Notes: generated by a model from the letters alone, not told the origin. DNA of 64,000 nucleotides from Patescibacteria group bacterium (GCA_023473585.1 JAMCYU010000001.1:66507-130506), one strand, 5' to 3'. Shown: positions 9,598 through 20,637, counted from the stretch's first letter. Numbers and translations are program-made.

Positions 9598-9610
9598 AAT
9601 TTATCAGCTT

Positions 9611-10705
9611 TTAGGAGACGAAATAACCACGAAAAAAAAACATTGTTATCAATATTAGCAACAAAAGACTTAAAGATAAAGAGATTATTTTTACTTTTCC
9701 TTCTAACCGACCCAAGATAATCATCAGGGGAAAATTAATCAAAAGGTAGCGCGGTAGAGAAGAAAGGGTCCCCGACAGTGTCGGTGTAAGAAGAACTAAC
9801 CAGCCGAATAAAAGATAAGATAGGGAAATTTGCTTATAATATCTTAACAATAAATAAACCGCTAGGATAAAAACCACAAATTCAAAAACGGCAATTAAAT
9901 AATCATAAGATAATTGCGCTGTCGTAAAAATCTTAAGATATCGATATAAGACTTGCGGCAATAAAATAATCTTTTCGCCGCTTCGACCCGCGCCAAACGC
10001 CGGTTGGACATGGAAAAACATTAAGGGGTCAGCGTAAGTTCGCCAAAGATAAAACATATAGAAAAGAAGTCCCATGGGGCTTATTAAAATTGCCAGGAAT
10101 TTAAGAATTGGCTTCTTTTTTTCTTTCCACCATTCATAGAAAAAAACCGGCAGCAAGAATATTCCCACCAATCTGGTAGCACTGGCTAACCCTGCCAGAA
10201 TCCCCGCCAAGAGCCATTTTTTCTTTGCCAGGTTGTAGATACTGCCTATCGTCAAAAAGAAAAATAAACTTTCCGTATAAACGCCGGCAAAGAAAAAAGA
10301 GGTCGGAAAAACCAAAAGAGAAATGATTACCCATTTGGTCACTTTTAAAGAAAACTCTTGCCCTAACAGTTTGTAGAGAATAATAAGACTCCCTAAAAAG
10401 GAAAAATGAGAAATAAGAAGAGCGCTTAAAAGATAATTACTCCCCAAAAGATTACCAAAAAATCTTATTAATAAAGGGTAGAGAGGGAAAAAGGCCTGCT
10501 CGAATTGAAAATAACCGTTTTGAGCAATGGAAAGATAGTGTTGACCATCCATATTCGCCCACCCCCAAAGTAAGGGATTTTGAAGATAATTTTCCGTTCC
10601 CCCCCCTAGAAAACCAAAACGGACAGGAATGACTAACAGACTTAAAGAGGTTATAACAATTAAAAATATTCTCCAGATGAGAAAACTGACGATAACGAAT
10701 TTCAT
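9611..10705 (-). CDS. GT-C membrane glycosyltransferase, PIG-V/GT76-like mannosyltransferase family
   Basis: Multi-TM; WANMDGQHYLSIAQNGYFQFEQAFFPLYPLL matches the conserved WDxxHFLxIAExGYxxExxxAFFP block of PIG-V-type mannosyltransferases. Confidence 0.45.
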   Translation of the reverse strand: MKFVIVSFLIWRIFLIVITSLSLLVIPVRFGFLGGGTENYLQNPLLWGWANMDGQHYLSIAQNGYFQFEQAFFPLYPLLIRFFGNLLGSNYLLSALLISHFSFLGSLIILYKLLGQEFSLKVTKWVIISLLVFPTSFFFAGVYTESLFFFLTIGSIYNLAKKKWLLAGILAGLASATRLVGIFLLPVFFYEWWKEKKKPILKFLAILISPMGLLFYMFYLWRTYADPLMFFHVQPAFGAGRSGEKIILLPQVLYRYLKIFTTAQLSYDYLIAVFEFVVFILAVYLLLRYYKQISLSYLLFGWLVLLTPTLSGTLSSLPRYLLINFPLMIILGRLEGKVKIISLSLSLLLLILITMFFFRGYFVS

Positions 10706-12357
10706 CGTTTATTTTTTAGCTTAATATCTTTATAGATAAAGGTAAGTAAAATCATCAACCCAATCAGGCTTACCAAATTTGACGTTTTTCTGATTAAAGT
10801 TTCGGTAAATTTTGCTTCAAGAGTGAGTTTGTCTTTGGGAATCGGTATCTCCATTACCCCCTCCGAAGACATAACCCTGGTTTGTTCTTTCTGATTGAGC
10901 CAAACCTGCCAGCCGGGGTAGTAAGCGATATTGAGCTTAATTAAGCTCTTTTGATTTGCCTCTCCTTCCAAGAAAAGATAATTTGAGGAAGAAATTTCTT
11001 TTTCAAGATTGATTTCTTTTTTAGAAAATTCAACCCTTTCTCTTTTGACTTTTACATACTCATGATTAAGAGTCTTGGCTCTGTATTCATCGAATTGATT
11101 GGTTGTCTGGAGGTTGTTAATATAAACTTCATCATGATTGTAGACATACTGATTAACGCGCAAATGGTTTTTATTGGTATAGAAAGCCAGAGAGATAAAA
11201 AAAATTACCACCAGCCAGACACGCTCTTTTAAGTGCTTGGCCACCAGGGCCGCGCCCAAACTGCCGCTAAAAACAGCCAAACTTAAAAATCTCCAGGGAA
11301 AATCAAAGTAACTGTATTTCGTAATTTGTTCCCAGGCCGGTTTGGAAACTGAAATCATCATGATTATGGAAAAAACAAAACAACCGACAGCAAAAAAACC
11401 CAACCAGTCGATTTTTTTCTGACGGAACCAGGTTATTAAGCTTAGAATCGCCAAAAGAATCATGGCCAGCCATTGAGCAATGCCTACCTGAAACGACATC
11501 TCGTCATTGACCGTTCCCGGAAAGTCAAAACCATAACCCCATTTTGAATAGATTAATTGCTTTAAGGTGACGAAGTGATCCAAAAAATGAGACTGTAATA
11601 TTTGTGTGGCAACCGTAAACTGTTTTTCAAAAATAGCGGGGATCAGATAATACGAAGAAAGGATTATCCCTAAAAACGACCCGGCAATTATTCCCCCAAT
11701 AAAGAGTTTGTTATTTTTGGCCTCTTTCCCTTGAAGTAAAACCCAAAAGAAGAGAGGCAAAGCAAAAATAATAAGAACCATTAAGTGAGAGAGAATTACT
11801 CCGGCTAGTCCCAAACTTACTAAAATTATTCCCTTCGTTGTTTCTCGTTTTTCCCTGACTTTCCATATCCCCCAAAACACTAAGGGTATAAATATAAAAG
11901 CTGTTGCTTCTCCCAACGAAGCTCTGACAAAAATATTGGAAAACCGGTAAGGCGCCCAAAGATAAAGGACCGAACCTAATAATCCCGGAAAAAGCCCCAG
12001 CATTTCTTTGAGCCATAAATACATGAAAATTCCAGATAATAAATAACCAATAATAAAAACTCCTTTTATGGCGTCGGTCAGTGACAATCCTACTTTCAGA
12101 AGAGGAATCCCGATAAACCATGGGGATTGATAAGAAAAAATGAAGAGCGGATAACCATAACCATTATCAGCCGTCCCGGCCCAACGAGGAGGAACCTGGC
12201 CGTCCTTTAAGGCCTGATTAAAATGATAAAGCCTGATAACCTGATGCTCGCCATCATGACTGGTATAAAAACCACTGTGAAATAAAGCTTTCACCCCGAA
12301 AAAACCAATTAAAATAACTAAAAGAAGAAAAACGTTTTTTTTTAAAATATTCATCAT
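10702..12357 (-). CDS. Polytopic membrane protein, putative GT-C glycosyltransferase (HSGF/HDGEH/PPRW/GYGYP family, copy 1 of 3)
   Basis: N-terminal FHSGFYTSHDGEHQVIRL...DGQVPPRWAGTADNGYGYPLFIFSYQSP conserved with CDS 31295-32998 and 32991-34556; 12 or more TM helices plus C-terminal soluble domain. Confidence 0.4.
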   Translation of the reverse strand: MMNILKKNVFLLLVILIGFFGVKALFHSGFYTSHDGEHQVIRLYHFNQALKDGQVPPRWAGTADNGYGYPLFIFSYQSPWFIGIPLLKVGLSLTDAIKGVFIIGYLLSGIFMYLWLKEMLGLFPGLLGSVLYLWAPYRFSNIFVRASLGEATAFIFIPLVFWGIWKVREKRETTKGIILVSLGLAGVILSHLMVLIIFALPLFFWVLLQGKEAKNNKLFIGGIIAGSFLGIILSSYYLIPAIFEKQFTVATQILQSHFLDHFVTLKQLIYSKWGYGFDFPGTVNDEMSFQVGIAQWLAMILLAILSLITWFRQKKIDWLGFFAVGCFVFSIIMMISVSKPAWEQITKYSYFDFPWRFLSLAVFSGSLGAALVAKHLKERVWLVVIFFISLAFYTNKNHLRVNQYVYNHDEVYINNLQTTNQFDEYRAKTLNHEYVKVKRERVEFSKKEINLEKEISSSNYLFLEGEANQKSLIKLNIAYYPGWQVWLNQKEQTRVMSSEGVMEIPIPKDKLTLEAKFTETLIRKTSNLVSLIGLMILLTFIYKDIKLKNKR

Positions 12358-12375
12358 CAGGTTCGTGATAAAAAT

Positions 12376-13116
12376 TTACTGACTGAAAATTTTATCTTTG
12401 CTAAAACCCCATTTATTAAGAGTGAAGCGCAAAAGAACGAAAAGTGTTTGCAGTAAAAACTTTGTCCCTTTGATAAATCTGATTGAGGAGCTTTCAGAAA
12501 AATAGCGGACAGGAACGGGAATTTCTCCGACTTTAAACCCCAGGGCAATCGCCGAAGCCATCATTTCCTGGTCAAAAACAAAATCATTGGAAAAACGCTG
12601 GTACGGCACTGTTTCTAGAACTTTTCTACTGTAAGCTCTAAAACCGCTGAAATGCTCGGAGAAATTGACGCCAAGAATAATGTTTTCGATAACGCAAAAA
12701 AACCTGTTAAGAAAATATTTGGTTAACGGCATGCCTCCCCGGAGAGTTTCTTCCCGCGTGCGAATACGAGACCCGAACATTAAGTCGTATTCACCTTGTA
12801 AAATTGGTTCAATAAGAGCTTTGGTTTTAGTTCCATCATACTGATAGTCGGGGTGAAGCATAACGATAACATCGGGATTTTTCTTTAAAGCCTCTCGATA
12901 ACAGGTTTTCTGATTTCCCCCGTAACCTAGATTTTGCGAATGGACAAAAACTTTAAGCCCTAATTTTTGAGCAATAGCTACGGTTCTATCCACGCTTTTA
13001 TCGTCAACAACGATAACCTCGCTGATTATCTCTTTCGGTAAATCCCGGTATGTCTTTTCTATGGTCTTTTCGGCATTAAACGCCGGCATGACAATAATGA
13101 CTTTAGATTTTCTCAT
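12376..13116 (-). CDS. Glycosyltransferase family 2
   Basis: VIIVMPAFNAEKTIEKT...VIVVDDKSVDRT GT2 N-terminal signature. Confidence 0.65.
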   Translation of the reverse strand: MRKSKVIIVMPAFNAEKTIEKTYRDLPKEIISEVIVVDDKSVDRTVAIAQKLGLKVFVHSQNLGYGGNQKTCYREALKKNPDVIVMLHPDYQYDGTKTKALIEPILQGEYDLMFGSRIRTREETLRGGMPLTKYFLNRFFCVIENIILGVNFSEHFSGFRAYSRKVLETVPYQRFSNDFVFDQEMMASAIALGFKVGEIPVPVRYFSESSSIRFIKGTKFLLQTLFVLLRFTLNKWGFSKDKIFSQ

Positions 13117-14167
13117 AGATTTTTTTATAAATTCGCATCGTTTCTTTTGTTGTTTTTTCCCAACTGAATTTGCTTGCCTGGATTAACCCCTTTTCCACCA
13201 AAAGATTTCTTTCTTTAGTATCTTTTACCACTTTTTCTATTGCTTTGGCAAGATTTTCTCTGTCATAGGGATCAACCAAAATGGCCGCCTCACCGCAAAT
13301 CTCCGGTAGGCTGGATGTTTTGGAGGCAACTACCGGTGTCCCACAGGCCATGGCTTCCAAAACCGGTAAACCAAAACCTTCGTAAATTGAAGGCATGACA
13401 AAAACAGTCGCCAAATTATACAAAACCACTAAATCTTCTGTTGGCACAAAACCTAATCTTAAAATCCGAGTGTTGTTTTTGGCCAAGGTTTGGACTTTAA
13501 CTAAATCCTGATTCCAGACGTTATCTTTATCATAATTATCCGCCGTCAGGGCCTTACCCACCAAAACCAACGGAAAGTCTAGCGTCTTAACCGCCTCGAG
13601 CAATCGCGGTAAGTTTTTGTTCCAGGTTACGTCACCCACATAAAGGACAAATTCTTTTGGTAATTTGTATTTTTCTCTAATCCTGTCTAGTAAAAGGGTG
13701 TCTTTAATTTGTCTAAATTCAGCCGCCGGAGCAAGATAAACCACATGAACCTTTTCTTTGGGAAAACCAGTCAAACGAACGATGTCTTGTTTTGAGTTTT
13801 CCGAATCGGTAATAATCGCTTCGGCTTTCTTTAATAAACATTTCTGAACTCCCCATTTTAATCTGCCTCTTATCCCCGAAGGAAAATACTGGGGAAAAAC
13901 CAAGGGAGTCAGATCATGAACCGTGACGACGGTTTTTTTTCCTTTAAAAATCGGTAGGCTTAAAAAAAATGGCTCAAAATAAGGATAATGAATTAAATCA
14001 ACGTCTTGAGGTAATTTTTCTTTGCGAGTAAAAAAAAGATATTGATTTTGCGGAAAGTATGTTTCTAATGACTTTTTCAGGTTTTCTATATAAAAACCAG
14101 TCCCTCTGACCCTATGCCATAAAACTCTTTCTTCTTTGAGAGGCGTAATATCAATGGCAATTTTCAT
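13103..14167 (-). CDS. Glycosyltransferase family 4 (GT-B, retaining)
   Basis: C-terminal EGFGLPVLEAMACGTPVVASKTSSLPEICG motif (EX7E GT4 signature). Confidence 0.7.
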   Translation of the reverse strand: MKIAIDITPLKEERVLWHRVRGTGFYIENLKKSLETYFPQNQYLFFTRKEKLPQDVDLIHYPYFEPFFLSLPIFKGKKTVVTVHDLTPLVFPQYFPSGIRGRLKWGVQKCLLKKAEAIITDSENSKQDIVRLTGFPKEKVHVVYLAPAAEFRQIKDTLLLDRIREKYKLPKEFVLYVGDVTWNKNLPRLLEAVKTLDFPLVLVGKALTADNYDKDNVWNQDLVKVQTLAKNNTRILRLGFVPTEDLVVLYNLATVFVMPSIYEGFGLPVLEAMACGTPVVASKTSSLPEICGEAAILVDPYDRENLAKAIEKVVKDTKERNLLVEKGLIQASKFSWEKTTKETMRIYKKIYEKI

Positions 14168-14943
14168 TTTTTAAAAAAATAAATTTTAAGATATTTTAGA
14201 TAGCCGACTGGAAATCTCAGAGCCGAAAAGAAGGAAAAAACAAAACCCTGCCAAGAATCCACAAATCCCTTATGACGAAGATAGGTTAACAAAAACCACC
14301 AGGTTGGTTTGATAAAAAGAAATTTAAGGCTCTCGTAAAATTTAGAAACCGCATCTTTTTGTGCAGATTCTTGTTTCAATTCACTGGCCATCAGATCTGT
14401 ATAGCGATCCCAGCGTCTTAAATATCGACGAAAACTTGTATCGGCCATATGAATCAGGGGATTTTTGAGATAACCTACTTCGCCCTCCACCACGGCTTGC
14501 TCATGGACACTTTGACAAGGCAGTTTCCCTTTCCCCTTTCGGAAAAGCCGTAAAGTATAATCCGGATACTGACCACCTTTGGTTAAGAATCTTCCCAAAA
14601 ACCAATTCTTACGAGGAATCCAATAGCCGTTGGCAGATAATGGATTATTGATCGCTGATCGTATTTCTTCCTTAAGCTCCGGTGTCACCCGCTCGTCAGC
14701 ATCTAACTGTAAAATCCAATCACCCAAAGCCAAATCAATAGCTTTTTGTTTATTAAGATGAAAGATCGGCGGGTTATCGGCAACAATAACTTTTGCGCCG
14801 TATTTCTTGGCAATTTCCACGGTTCTATCCGAGGATCTTCCGTCGACAATAACAATCTCGTCAGCGATATCTTTTATAAGATTAAGGCATGATCCAAGAT
14901 TTTTTTCCTCATTGTATGTTGCTAACACTACTGACAGTTTCAT
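14164..14943 (-). CDS. Glycosyltransferase family 2 (paralog set with 23948-24706 and 28220-29134)
   Basis: MKLSVVLATYNEEKNLGSCLNLIKDIADEIVIVDGRSSDRTVEIAKKYGAKV; same architecture/motifs as the two paralogs. Confidence 0.6.
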   Translation of the reverse strand: MKLSVVLATYNEEKNLGSCLNLIKDIADEIVIVDGRSSDRTVEIAKKYGAKVIVADNPPIFHLNKQKAIDLALGDWILQLDADERVTPELKEEIRSAINNPLSANGYWIPRKNWFLGRFLTKGGQYPDYTLRLFRKGKGKLPCQSVHEQAVVEGEVGYLKNPLIHMADTSFRRYLRRWDRYTDLMASELKQESAQKDAVSKFYESLKFLFIKPTWWFLLTYLRHKGFVDSWQGFVFSFFSALRFPVGYLKYLKIYFFKK

Positions 14944-14954
14944 CTTTCTCCTTT

Positions 14955-16562
14955 TTACATGCCGGCAATTTTTATGGCTTCGGTGCCGTCAAGATAATAA
15001 ATGGTTTTAAAGGCTTTTTCTGATAGTTCTCTTTGGGTTCCAACTAAAAGCGTTCTCGGAGGGAATTTCTCATTATCGGCAATCGGTCTAAATTCAAACT
15101 TGGCAAATTTATTTCTATGGTCGGCAAAACCTCCGGTAGCGGTTCCACCCTCCCTAAGATATTTTTGAGGATCATATTTAAGGTAAAAAAGGAAAAACAT
15201 ATTGGGTTGTTCAAGTTTCGTGGAAACGATAATCTTGTCGTAATGATCATAAACTTTTTTAACTTCCTCAACGGCCTCTTGATAGCCGTACTGCCAGTAT
15301 TGAGAGGTTTCAATTGGTAAATGAACGTAGTATTGATGAAAATAATAAAAAATATTAAAAGGAATAAAAAATAAAAACGGCACAATCAATAATTTCTTAA
15401 GTAAACCAAGAGAGGGGAATTTTTTTAAAGCTGCCAATAAACCATAGGCAATCATTATTTGGAAAGTCGGTAAAAAAGTTAAGGTCCTTACGGCATGAGG
15501 CAATTCTGTCGTCGGGGAAGCAGCGACGGGCGCCATCAAAAACCACCAAAAGATGATTTTCCTCGCCTCCTTTTCCTTAAAAGCTATTTGATAAATCCCT
15601 ACAAAAAGAAACGGCAGTTCCCATAAATATAAAATTCCTAATCCCGGCGCGTGGTGCCGAGGAATATCACCGTCTAAAAACAACCATTTCAAATCAAAAT
15701 GTCGTAAGTATCCGTCGATCACAACCAAAGCGTAAGTTAATCTTCGATTATGGATTAAATTGACAAAAGGAAACCCGTTTTTCTGATCATCTTCAATTTT
15801 AATGATATCTCTTCTTAAAACCCCTGTTTGGTCAGCCAAAGCGCTTACCCCCTTAAGCCTTAATCTTCCCTCGGGAGAAAGAAGGGTTAATCCCAAGGGA
15901 ATCGTTATAATCAGTAAGAGCAATCCAAAAGTCATAGCCCATTTTTTGTTTTTGAAAAGATTAATTCTGAAGAAAAAAACCAAACCCATGATCAAAAGTG
16001 GCGTAAAAACCCGGGCACTATGATAAGTATAGGGTGCTAAAGCAAAAGAAATGGCTGAAAGCACCCATAATTTTGGCCGAGTTAATCCTTCCAGAAAAAG
16101 CCAAACACCGGCAACATTAAAAAACAAAGCGGCATTGGTTTCAAAAGCGACACGCGAAAACTGTAGGTGCCATGGCGAAATGGCTAAAAGCAGGGCGCTT
16201 AAAAAAGCCAGGTTTTTATTTTTAAACAATCTCCTGACTAAAAGATAGGTGATAATAACTGTCAATGTCCCTAAAACAACCGAAGGAAATCTGACGGCAA
16301 AAGTATTCAAACCAAAAACCGCAACCGAAGGAATAGTTAAATAAATATAAACAGGCGGCTTATAATCGTCAAAAGACCTAAAAACAATAGGCAGGAATTT
16401 TCCGTATTCGTCTTTACCGGTCTTTAAAATTGAATAGGCATTGTAACCTAAGGCCGCTTCGTCCCAATCGGGACTTGGAGGAATGACCCCCAATTTATAG
16501 ACTCTTAGGCTAAAAGCCAAAATTAGTAAAAAAACGATCAGCAGTAATTCTTTAATTTTCAT
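14955..16562 (-). CDS. PMT/ArnT-like GT-C glycosyltransferase (GT39/GT83-like, polyprenyl-P-sugar dependent), tandem copy A
   Basis: LRVYKLGVIPPSPDWDEAALGYNAYSILKTGKDEYGKFLPIVFRSF N-terminal loop with DE motif; 11 or more TM helices. Confidence 0.55.
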   Translation of the reverse strand: MKIKELLLIVFLLILAFSLRVYKLGVIPPSPDWDEAALGYNAYSILKTGKDEYGKFLPIVFRSFDDYKPPVYIYLTIPSVAVFGLNTFAVRFPSVVLGTLTVIITYLLVRRLFKNKNLAFLSALLLAISPWHLQFSRVAFETNAALFFNVAGVWLFLEGLTRPKLWVLSAISFALAPYTYHSARVFTPLLIMGLVFFFRINLFKNKKWAMTFGLLLLIITIPLGLTLLSPEGRLRLKGVSALADQTGVLRRDIIKIEDDQKNGFPFVNLIHNRRLTYALVVIDGYLRHFDLKWLFLDGDIPRHHAPGLGILYLWELPFLFVGIYQIAFKEKEARKIIFWWFLMAPVAASPTTELPHAVRTLTFLPTFQIMIAYGLLAALKKFPSLGLLKKLLIVPFLFFIPFNIFYYFHQYYVHLPIETSQYWQYGYQEAVEEVKKVYDHYDKIIVSTKLEQPNMFFLFYLKYDPQKYLREGGTATGGFADHRNKFAKFEFRPIADNEKFPPRTLLVGTQRELSEKAFKTIYYLDGTEAIKIAGM

Positions 16563-18189
16563 AAACTCTTAAAATAATTTTCCCGTCTGGCAAAAAAATG
16601 TCTTTTAAGGGTTTTTTATCTTGAGGCAGATCTTGTGACGAGACGACAGAAAGAGTTTTTTTGTCTCTATCGGTTTGAAGAAGATCCAACCCTCCGAAAA
16701 CGTATTTGTCAAAACTTTTAACGTTAACAAAGCCGAAAGCATTACGTTCGACAACGGCTGTTTGCCGAAACTTAAGCGGTGAATATTTTTTATAAAAAAG
16801 AAAATAAATGTAAGGTCGGCCCAAATTATCCGTAAAGGTAATCCGCTCGTAATTTTCATACTGGCTATTTAGATAACCAATCGCTTCTTTATAACCATAC
16901 TGCCACTCGCTGGCAAACTCCTTCGGGTAATGAACATAATAATGATGGAGATACCAAAAGAAGTTTAAAACCAAAACTATTCCCAGAATGACCGCTCCCC
17001 CTTTCTTTAGAGTCTTGTTTTTACACCACAGGAAAAGTTCCAGCCAACCTATGGCGAGAATAATTTGCCAGGTAGGCAGGGTCTGCAAAATTCGCAAGGC
17101 ATGAGGTGTCTCCCGAGCCGTCGCGGCCGGAATAAGACCGACCAGCAACCAAAGAAAAATTAATTTCGCCTGTTTTGGATATTTTTTAAGCAAAAAGAAC
17201 AAACCGGCGATAAAGAAAGGCAAATCGATTAAATAAAGATGACCAACGTCTTGAATAGAAAACTTAGGATTTATATCTCCATGAAGAAATAAAAAGTTTA
17301 GATTAAGGTTATCGGTATAATGTCTTAAAAACTCTGTCGTAAACATCCATCTTCGATTGTGGAGAATTCGCGACCACCAACTGTCTTGATCTATGGCTAT
17401 CCTGGAATTGCTTAACTCTATCGGCTTAAGGTCAGAAAAAATATTCACTTCTCTGAACCTAAGATTAGCCTGAGGAGAAATAAGATGGGGAACAATAGGT
17501 AAAAGTAACAGTAAAAAGAAAATGGCAAAGAAGAGACTCTGCTTCCAAAGTTTTTTTCCTTCTTTAAAGAAGAGGAGAACTAGTCCAGCCAAAAAAATAG
17601 GCACGAAGGCCCGGGTGCTGTTAAAAGTATAAAAAGTAGCGGCAAAAGGCAACGCCGATAAAAATAAGCTTATTTTCCCCCCGTTTAAACCACGAAGAAA
17701 AAGATAGACACCTAAAACGACCAAAAAAAGGCCTAAATTGGCTTCAAAAGCAACTCTGGACATCTGCAGATGCCAGGGAGAAATGGCCATAAAGAAAGAA
17801 GTCAGTAAAGCCAGGATCTTTTTATTTTTATTTTTGAAAAACATTTCCTCAACCAAATAATATGACAAAAGTACCGTTAATGTTCCGAAGAAAGCGGAGG
17901 GAAATCTGGTAGAGAATTCGTTTAAGCCCCAAATTTTAACCGGGATGACGGCCATATAGGTATAAAGAACAGGCTTAAAGTCACCAAAAGACTCCAAATA
18001 ATCCAAAGGAAGAAATCGCCCAAATTCGTCTTTACCGGTCGTTCCCAAGCTATAAGCGTTATAACCTTGGGCAACTTCATCCCAAGACAACGCCGGCGGA
18101 ATTTCCCCAAGTTTGAAAAATCTTAGGATTCCCGCTAAGATAAGTATCAGTAAGAGTAAAATCCGGGGTGAGGTAATTATTTTTTTCAT
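16552..18189 (-). CDS. PMT/ArnT-like GT-C glycosyltransferase, tandem copy B
   Basis: LRFFKLGEIPPALSWDEVAQGYNAYSLGTTGKDEFGRFLPLDYLESF; clear paralog of 14955-16562. Confidence 0.55.
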   Translation of the reverse strand: MKKIITSPRILLLLILILAGILRFFKLGEIPPALSWDEVAQGYNAYSLGTTGKDEFGRFLPLDYLESFGDFKPVLYTYMAVIPVKIWGLNEFSTRFPSAFFGTLTVLLSYYLVEEMFFKNKNKKILALLTSFFMAISPWHLQMSRVAFEANLGLFLVVLGVYLFLRGLNGGKISLFLSALPFAATFYTFNSTRAFVPIFLAGLVLLFFKEGKKLWKQSLFFAIFFLLLLLPIVPHLISPQANLRFREVNIFSDLKPIELSNSRIAIDQDSWWSRILHNRRWMFTTEFLRHYTDNLNLNFLFLHGDINPKFSIQDVGHLYLIDLPFFIAGLFFLLKKYPKQAKLIFLWLLVGLIPAATARETPHALRILQTLPTWQIILAIGWLELFLWCKNKTLKKGGAVILGIVLVLNFFWYLHHYYVHYPKEFASEWQYGYKEAIGYLNSQYENYERITFTDNLGRPYIYFLFYKKYSPLKFRQTAVVERNAFGFVNVKSFDKYVFGGLDLLQTDRDKKTLSVVSSQDLPQDKKPLKDIFLPDGKIILRVYEN

Positions 18190-19754
18190 ATGGAAAATTT
18201 CATTAGCTTTATTCCCTCAAGCTGCCAAACCTCAAGTTCCTGCAACTTGTCTTTTCTAATAAAAAGAGGGGTATCATTATTTTCTCTTTTCACCCGTATA
18301 TAATCATACTGCCATTTTTTAAACAAATCCATATTTTGTTCGTCATATAAAAATTCGGGGGGAGATTTTTCCCAATACTCATAAAGTTCTTTTTTATATT
18401 TCGGGTTAATAAAAAGATAAACATATAAAAACCTGCTTGCGTGCGGAAGACCAGATTGCCAGTAAATCAGCTGCTCGGCCGGTAGAACCATCAATTTGTC
18501 ACCTGGCTTTGATAAAATCTTAATTGTTTGACCAAAATCATAAAGTCTGGAAAAATTAACATACCAATCTGTTTCCCGATTAGTTTTTCGATAATAGTCG
18601 TTAATTAAAAAAGAACCAAAGCGCCAAAAGCCCACGACACAAATTAAAACCAAGACATAAGAGACAAGGTTTTTCCGCATCATTTTTTTACCGACATTGT
18701 CATTTGGCAAAGAGAATAGTTGCCATATCGTCAGCCATAAAAAAAGTCCCAGCCATGGAAGCCCATGAAAACCGCCATAGAAGGTTGCCTCGGGATCAGT
18801 AATCCTTAAATTCGCTAGTCCCAGAAAAACAAAACCGGCAAAAAGAGTCTTGCGGAGTTCCTTTTTGGTTACGAATAAAAGAAAGAAGGAAAAGAGATAG
18901 ACGATTGATAGTCCTTTTTGAAAAACTAACCAGTCAGACATTCCCCTTAGCCTCATTATTTCTGCTGGCCTTAAGACTGAATTCAGAATCATTTTCCCTG
19001 GACCGCCGACACTGTTGCCTGTCAAGTATATAGATGAAATCGCATTTTTAGTGTTTACCAAATATTCCCGGTAATCAACAAAAAAACCGATCGTGACGAA
19101 AAAGATGAGTCCCAAGAAAACCGTAAAAAAGAAAAAATAGCGTTTTTTCTTCGTGATCATGAGTGTCGTCGTTAAGGCCGCCACAACTAAAGGAATAAGC
19201 GTAAATTGCAGGAAAATTATTAAAATTGAGCTTAGCGAAATCAAAGACAAATCCAGATGACTGCATAGGGTTTTCTTTTTTATAATTTTAATAAGTAACC
19301 CGATTAAAAGAACGAGGGGAAATAAAATTAACGATTCGGACAGAAATAAATTTCCTAATAAAAATTGTTTAACAATTTCGACAGACAGACTAAAAATTAA
19401 ACCCACGCTTCCAAAGGCTAAAATTAAAATAACGCTCCAAATAAAAGAATAAAAATAAACGAATTCCCGATGGCGTTTTATAAGAAGATAAAGACTATTG
19501 GGACGTTGGATTTTTTGCTCCGCCATGCTTATTACCGCCGGAAGGGGCTGCTTATGGGAAAAAATATCGCTGTATAATTTTTCGCCTTTAGTCATGTAGT
19601 AACCGGCAACGATATTTTCGTCTTCGTCAACAAAATGAAAATTAAAAATATGAGACTGAAAAGCACGCCAGCTTATGATTGTAAACAAGAAAAAAATAGT
19701 TAAGAAAAATACTTTTTTAATCATCGAGAAACAATTCTTTGTCTTTTTTAACAA
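18186..19754 (-). CDS. Polytopic membrane protein, function unknown (start uncertain; ATG at 19724 also possible)
   Basis: Long hydrophobic ORF in operon context; no motif recognised. Confidence 0.35.
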   Translation of the reverse strand: MLKKTKNCFSMIKKVFFLTIFFLFTIISWRAFQSHIFNFHFVDEDENIVAGYYMTKGEKLYSDIFSHKQPLPAVISMAEQKIQRPNSLYLLIKRHREFVYFYSFIWSVILILAFGSVGLIFSLSVEIVKQFLLGNLFLSESLILFPLVLLIGLLIKIIKKKTLCSHLDLSLISLSSILIIFLQFTLIPLVVAALTTTLMITKKKRYFFFFTVFLGLIFFVTIGFFVDYREYLVNTKNAISSIYLTGNSVGGPGKMILNSVLRPAEIMRLRGMSDWLVFQKGLSIVYLFSFFLLFVTKKELRKTLFAGFVFLGLANLRITDPEATFYGGFHGLPWLGLFLWLTIWQLFSLPNDNVGKKMMRKNLVSYVLVLICVVGFWRFGSFLINDYYRKTNRETDWYVNFSRLYDFGQTIKILSKPGDKLMVLPAEQLIYWQSGLPHASRFLYVYLFINPKYKKELYEYWEKSPPEFLYDEQNMDLFKKWQYDYIRVKRENNDTPLFIRKDKLQELEVWQLEGIKLMKFSI

Positions 19755-20637
19755 ATAATTTTACTGTTTTTAATCGGTGAACAAGAATCGTCGGCAATTT
19801 TCCTATCGCCATCATAAAACCTAACCAAAAAGGCAAATCCAAAGAGATAATTCTTCTTATGAGGTGATACGACAACCAAAGAAAATGGCTTCTTAGCAAA
19901 TCATAATCTGTAATATTTTTCCAAATAAAGATGAACTGATTACGGTAGGATATGGTTTTTATATAAAATTGGCTGAATTTTTGTTTGATAATTCCCTCTT
20001 CATGTCGGTGGATTACCTGGCTTAAAGGCTCGAAAATAATTTTATAACCAGACTTTCGAGCCCGGTAGGAAAGATCAATATCTTCCCAATAAAAGGGGTT
20101 ATATAAAGAATCAAGTCCGCCGAGTTTTTCCCATAAGTCTTTTCTAAAAGCGCCGCTGCCGCAGGATACCCAAAAGGTCTCTGTTTTATTTACTTCCCCT
20201 CTTTTATGAATAAGAAACCCATGGTGCCATTTGGCTAGTCCCCGGCCTCTTTGAATTTCTTTCTCTCCCTCAATACTTATGTCCAAACAGCCAACGGCAA
20301 AAACTTGTAAGTCAGTGAAGTGTTGAACCAGCGGCCTAAGGAAGTCGGCTTTAGGCGTAACGTCGGTATTTAGCAAAACCACAATCTCGCCGATTGCTTC
20401 TTTAACTCCTCTATTAATCGTTGAAGAAAAACCAAGGTTCTTTTTATTTTCTATAATTTTGACTTTTGAACTGTAATTTTGCTTTTGAATAAACTCCCGG
20501 AGGATTGAGCTTTGAAACTGTTCCGAACCATCATCAACAACGATGACTTCGGAAGCTCCCGTTTCTAAAATTAAAGGCAAGTTTTTAACTAAATCGTCAG
20601 TTCGGTTGTAATTAGGAATGATAATGGAAACTTTCAT
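19717..20637 (-). CDS. Glycosyltransferase family 2
   Basis: MKVSIIIPNYNRTDDL...EVIVVDDGSEQ; LLNTDV DxD-like. Confidence 0.65.
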   Translation of the reverse strand: MKVSIIIPNYNRTDDLVKNLPLILETGASEVIVVDDGSEQFQSSILREFIQKQNYSSKVKIIENKKNLGFSSTINRGVKEAIGEIVVLLNTDVTPKADFLRPLVQHFTDLQVFAVGCLDISIEGEKEIQRGRGLAKWHHGFLIHKRGEVNKTETFWVSCGSGAFRKDLWEKLGGLDSLYNPFYWEDIDLSYRARKSGYKIIFEPLSQVIHRHEEGIIKQKFSQFYIKTISYRNQFIFIWKNITDYDLLRSHFLWLSYHLIRRIISLDLPFWLGFMMAIGKLPTILVHRLKTVKLFVKKDKELFLDD